Origin: an uncultured Candidatus Rokubacteria bacterium | GTDB lineage: Bacteria > Methylomirabilota > Methylomirabilia > Rokubacteriales > CSP1-6 | Assembly (NCBI GenBank): GCA_963762145.1 | Contig: CAVXJS010000011.1 | Coordinates: forward strand, 32,001-96,000 | Length of the DNA stretch: 64,000 bases | Direction of reading: 5' to 3' | Shown: positions 61,753-64,000 of the stretch, piece by piece | How positions within the stretch are numbered: the stretch's first letter is position 1 | Layout of the letters: every line of letters starts with the position of its first letter | Program-made: the position numbers and the translations under genes | The notes under the pieces: model-generated | What the model was told of the DNA's origin: nothing | The model's input: only the letters and a program-made list of their open reading frames with translations | The model's database searches: none

Positions 61753-62487
61753 CTAGAGTCCGTGGTAGTCGTAGAAGGCCTCGACCGGAGCCTCGACCTC
61801 GAGGGGCTGGAGCGGGAAGCACCGCTCGAGGCCCTCGGGGCTCGACTGGCGCTCGAGACGCGCCAGGAACTGCCGCGTCGCCGGCGCCTTCATCGCCCCA
61901 TGCCGATCCACGAACTGTCCCCAGAGCGGCATGTGCCGGAATCTCGGGGCCGCCGCGCGCGCGGTGTCCAGGTACGAGATCGGGAACAGCCGACGATACG
62001 CGTCGAGGTTGTAGAGCCACGACACGCCGCGAACCTGGAGCGGCGCGCGCTGGGCTCGCTTCACGTGCGCGAAGAGGGCGGCCAGCTCGGACCGCCGCTC
62101 CCGCACGCGGTCGACGCCCAGCGGGGAGCGGCCGTCCGTCTCGGAGTTCTGGAAGTGCAGGCGGATCTGCGAAGGGGTCGGTCGCGCATAGGAGAAGCAG
62201 CCGAAGGTCGCCACGACCGATAGCGCCGCCATCGCGTCCGGGCGCCTCCGGTAGAAAGCATACGTCCATTCGCGCAGGTCCCCCGCCGCCTCCAGCCCGT
62301 CCAGGTATGTCCGCCAGGTCGGATGCGCGGGATCGAAGCCGTGGCCCAGGCCGAACCGGATGTAGAAGTTGGTGTAGTCGAGCAGTGCTCGGGTGAGGGG
62401 AAGGCTCGAGAGGAGCGCGACCTTCTCGGCGAATCGAAGCTGGAGGTCGAAGAACGCCTTCGGGTAGATCACGCCGCGACCGGACAA
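61753..62487 (-). CDS. Hypothetical protein (aromatic-rich, unknown family)
   Basis: 244-aa ORF with coherent codon usage and motif-like segments RLHF, GVSWLYNLDAYRRLFP and LWGQF. Confidence 0.7.
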   Translation of the reverse strand: MSGRGVIYPKAFFDLQLRFAEKVALLSSLPLTRALLDYTNFYIRFGLGHGFDPAHPTWRTYLDGLEAAGDLREWTYAFYRRRPDAMAALSVVATFGCFSYARPTPSQIRLHFQNSETDGRSPLGVDRVRERRSELAALFAHVKRAQRAPLQVRGVSWLYNLDAYRRLFPISYLDTARAAAPRFRHMPLWGQFVDRHGAMKAPATRQFLARLERQSSPEGLERCFPLQPLEVEAPVEAFYDYHGL

Positions 62488-62500
62488 CCCGAGCGCGCGC

Positions 62501-63181
62501 CTACTTCCCGAACACCAGCTGCAGGCGGTAGAACCCGAGGGTGACGTCGTCGGTCGCGCCGCGGCGGGCGATGGCCTCGGCGCCGAGCAGGTCCCGGCAG
62601 GTCCCCTCGACCGCAGCGTGGTCGATGCCCTCGACGAGCACGACCCAGCGCACGAGTGCGTCCGGCGTCGCGAGCAGCTTCTTCTCGTCGCTCTTCGCGG
62701 CGGTGCTCACGCCGGCGTCGCCTTCGAGCAGGTGGCCGGCCACGACGCCGGGATGCTGGGCGGCGGTGGGGAGCGCGGTGCCGGTGAGCCACGCCCGCAG
62801 CTCCTCCTCGTGCCCGGCCCGCGGCCCGAGCTCGAGCGTCGCGATCACGCCGCCCAGGCCGCCGCCCGCGCTCGCCACGAGACGACAGGCGGTGCGCTTG
62901 TTGTTCCGCACCAGCGGCAGGGTCTTCTTCGTCCACGGCGTCGGGTCGCCCAGGCGGGCCAGGTAGGCCGGGCTCTGCAGGGTGTCGAGCGACTCGGTCT
63001 CGTAGAAGTAGAAGTACCGGGGCGGCGCGCCGAGGGTCGCGTAGCGGCGACAGCGGAGAAACCCCGGCACCGCCACCCGCTCCGGGATGTGCTCGCGCAG
63101 GTGCCACTGGTCGAATTCCGCTTCGCCGCCCGGCGCCACGTCGTGCCAGAAGGCCAGGACGCCCTTGCCCGCGATGGTCAT
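62501..63181 (-). CDS. Dimeric alpha/beta-barrel (EthD/DUF4286-like) protein
   Basis: EFDQWHLREHIPERVAVPGFLRCRRY, YETES, SPAY and PTPWT. Confidence 0.75.
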   Translation of the reverse strand: MTIAGKGVLAFWHDVAPGGEAEFDQWHLREHIPERVAVPGFLRCRRYATLGAPPRYFYFYETESLDTLQSPAYLARLGDPTPWTKKTLPLVRNNKRTACRLVASAGGGLGGVIATLELGPRAGHEEELRAWLTGTALPTAAQHPGVVAGHLLEGDAGVSTAAKSDEKKLLATPDALVRWVVLVEGIDHAAVEGTCRDLLGAEAIARRGATDDVTLGFYRLQLVFGK

Positions 63182-63188
63182 GGCGCCG

Positions 63189-63217
63189 ACGGTAGCGGCC
63201 CGAAGGCCCCCCGTCAA
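63189..63217 (-). promoter_or_regulatory. Sigma70-type promoter, probably giving a leaderless mRNA
   Basis: TTGACG(63217-63212)-N17-TACCGT(63194-63189)-N7-ATG(63181). Confidence 0.6.
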
Positions 63218-63254
63218 GGGTCCGGCGCGCTCACAGTGCGCTAAACTGGGCGGC

Positions 63255-64000
63255 ATGCCCGAACCCATGATGCCGGAGCCGGTCGAGACCGCGACCGCGA
63301 CCGCGGCCGCGCCCGCGCGCGGCGCGGTCCTGCGCGGCCTCTTCGGAAGCGTGCGCCTGGCCTACCTCCCGGTGCTCGTCACGTACTTCTGCTACGGGGC
63401 GAGCGGGATCACGAGCATCGCGCTGCTCTACTTCCAGAAGGACACGCTCGGTGTCACGCCCGCCGAGGCCGCCGCCATCGCCTTCTGGGTCGCCCTGCCG
63501 TGGAGCACGAAGATGGTGGCCGGCGTGGCCTCCGACGTGCATCCCATCTTCGGTCGCCGCCGGGTCTCCTACCTGCTGCTCGGCGCCCTGCTGGCCTTCG
63601 CGGGCTACGGGTGGCTGGCCACCACCGCCTCGACCAAGGCCACCTACCTGGCCGCGATGGTGATCATCGCGGTGGGGTTCATGGTCCAGGATGTGGTCGC
63701 GGACGCGCTCACCGTGGAGCTCGCCCGCACCGAGGAGGAGATCAAGCAGATCCAGACGCTTGGCCGCATGGCCCTGCTCGCGGGCACGATCAGCGTGGGC
63801 TACCTGAGCGGGTGGCTCGCGGGGGCTCTCGGCCCGCGCCCGGTCTTCGCGATCGCGCTGCTGCTCCCCGCGCTGGTGATGGCGGCGGCCTGGCTGATCC
63901 CGCGCGAGACGCCGCGCGCGGTGGCGCCCGGAGAGGATGCCAATCCCCTCGGTGCGGGTAAGTCCCGCCTGGTGGTCCTGGTGGGGCTCGGCTACGCCGC
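63255..64000 (+). CDS. BT1/folate-biopterin-type MFS transporter (3' truncated)
   Basis: YLPVLVTYFCYG, PWSTKMVAGVASD..PIFGRRR..YL and VQDVVADAL.VE. Confidence 0.8.
   Translation, partial: MPEPMMPEPVETATATAAAPARGAVLRGLFGSVRLAYLPVLVTYFCYGASGITSIALLYFQKDTLGVTPAEAAAIAFWVALPWSTKMVAGVASDVHPIFGRRRVSYLLLGALLAFAGYGWLATTASTKATYLAAMVIIAVGFMVQDVVADALTVELARTEEEIKQIQTLGRMALLAGTISVGYLSGWLAGALGPRPVFAIALLLPALVMAAAWLIPRETPRAVAPGEDANPLGAGKSRLVVLVGLGYA

Overview
A GC-rich bacterial chromosomal segment with about 50 genes. Gene content (orphan ABC_sub_bind protein, zinc-ribbon/cyclase/AAA/TPR protein ending in a DRR/ERR domain) suggests a soil Candidatus Rokubacteria-like (Methylomirabilota) genome; this is inference. 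Four genes carry single-base indels that look like long-read assembly errors. I found no rRNA, tRNA, CRISPR array, transposase or integrase. The most striking feature is a ~15 kb locus (29.1-44.0 kb). A dissociated fatty-acid/polyketide-type module (FabG, acyltransferase, ACP, stand-alone PKS-type C-methyltransferase) converges on a tightly packed operon. That operon encodes an atypical FabF-like ketosynthase, two paralogous multi-TM-GAF-PAS histidine kinases, a degenerate pseudo-histidine kinase (H-box His->Asp; no N, G1 or G2 boxes) and a hybrid kinase with a pseudo-receiver. The ketosynthase, one whole kinase and only the sensor half of the second kinase lie on a low-GC block. This pattern resembles pherotype cassettes (comQXP, agr) and points to a candidate undescribed lipid-signal (quorum-sensing-like) system. 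The window also holds four class III nucleotide cyclases with different architectures, TtuA/TtuB, an RND pump, a UvrD-PD-(D/E)XK helicase-nuclease, a D-hydantoinase/D-carbamoylase/PrpD cluster, a peptide-type ABC transporter, an amidase with a small partner ORF, a branched REP-like palindrome and several apparently leaderless promoters.
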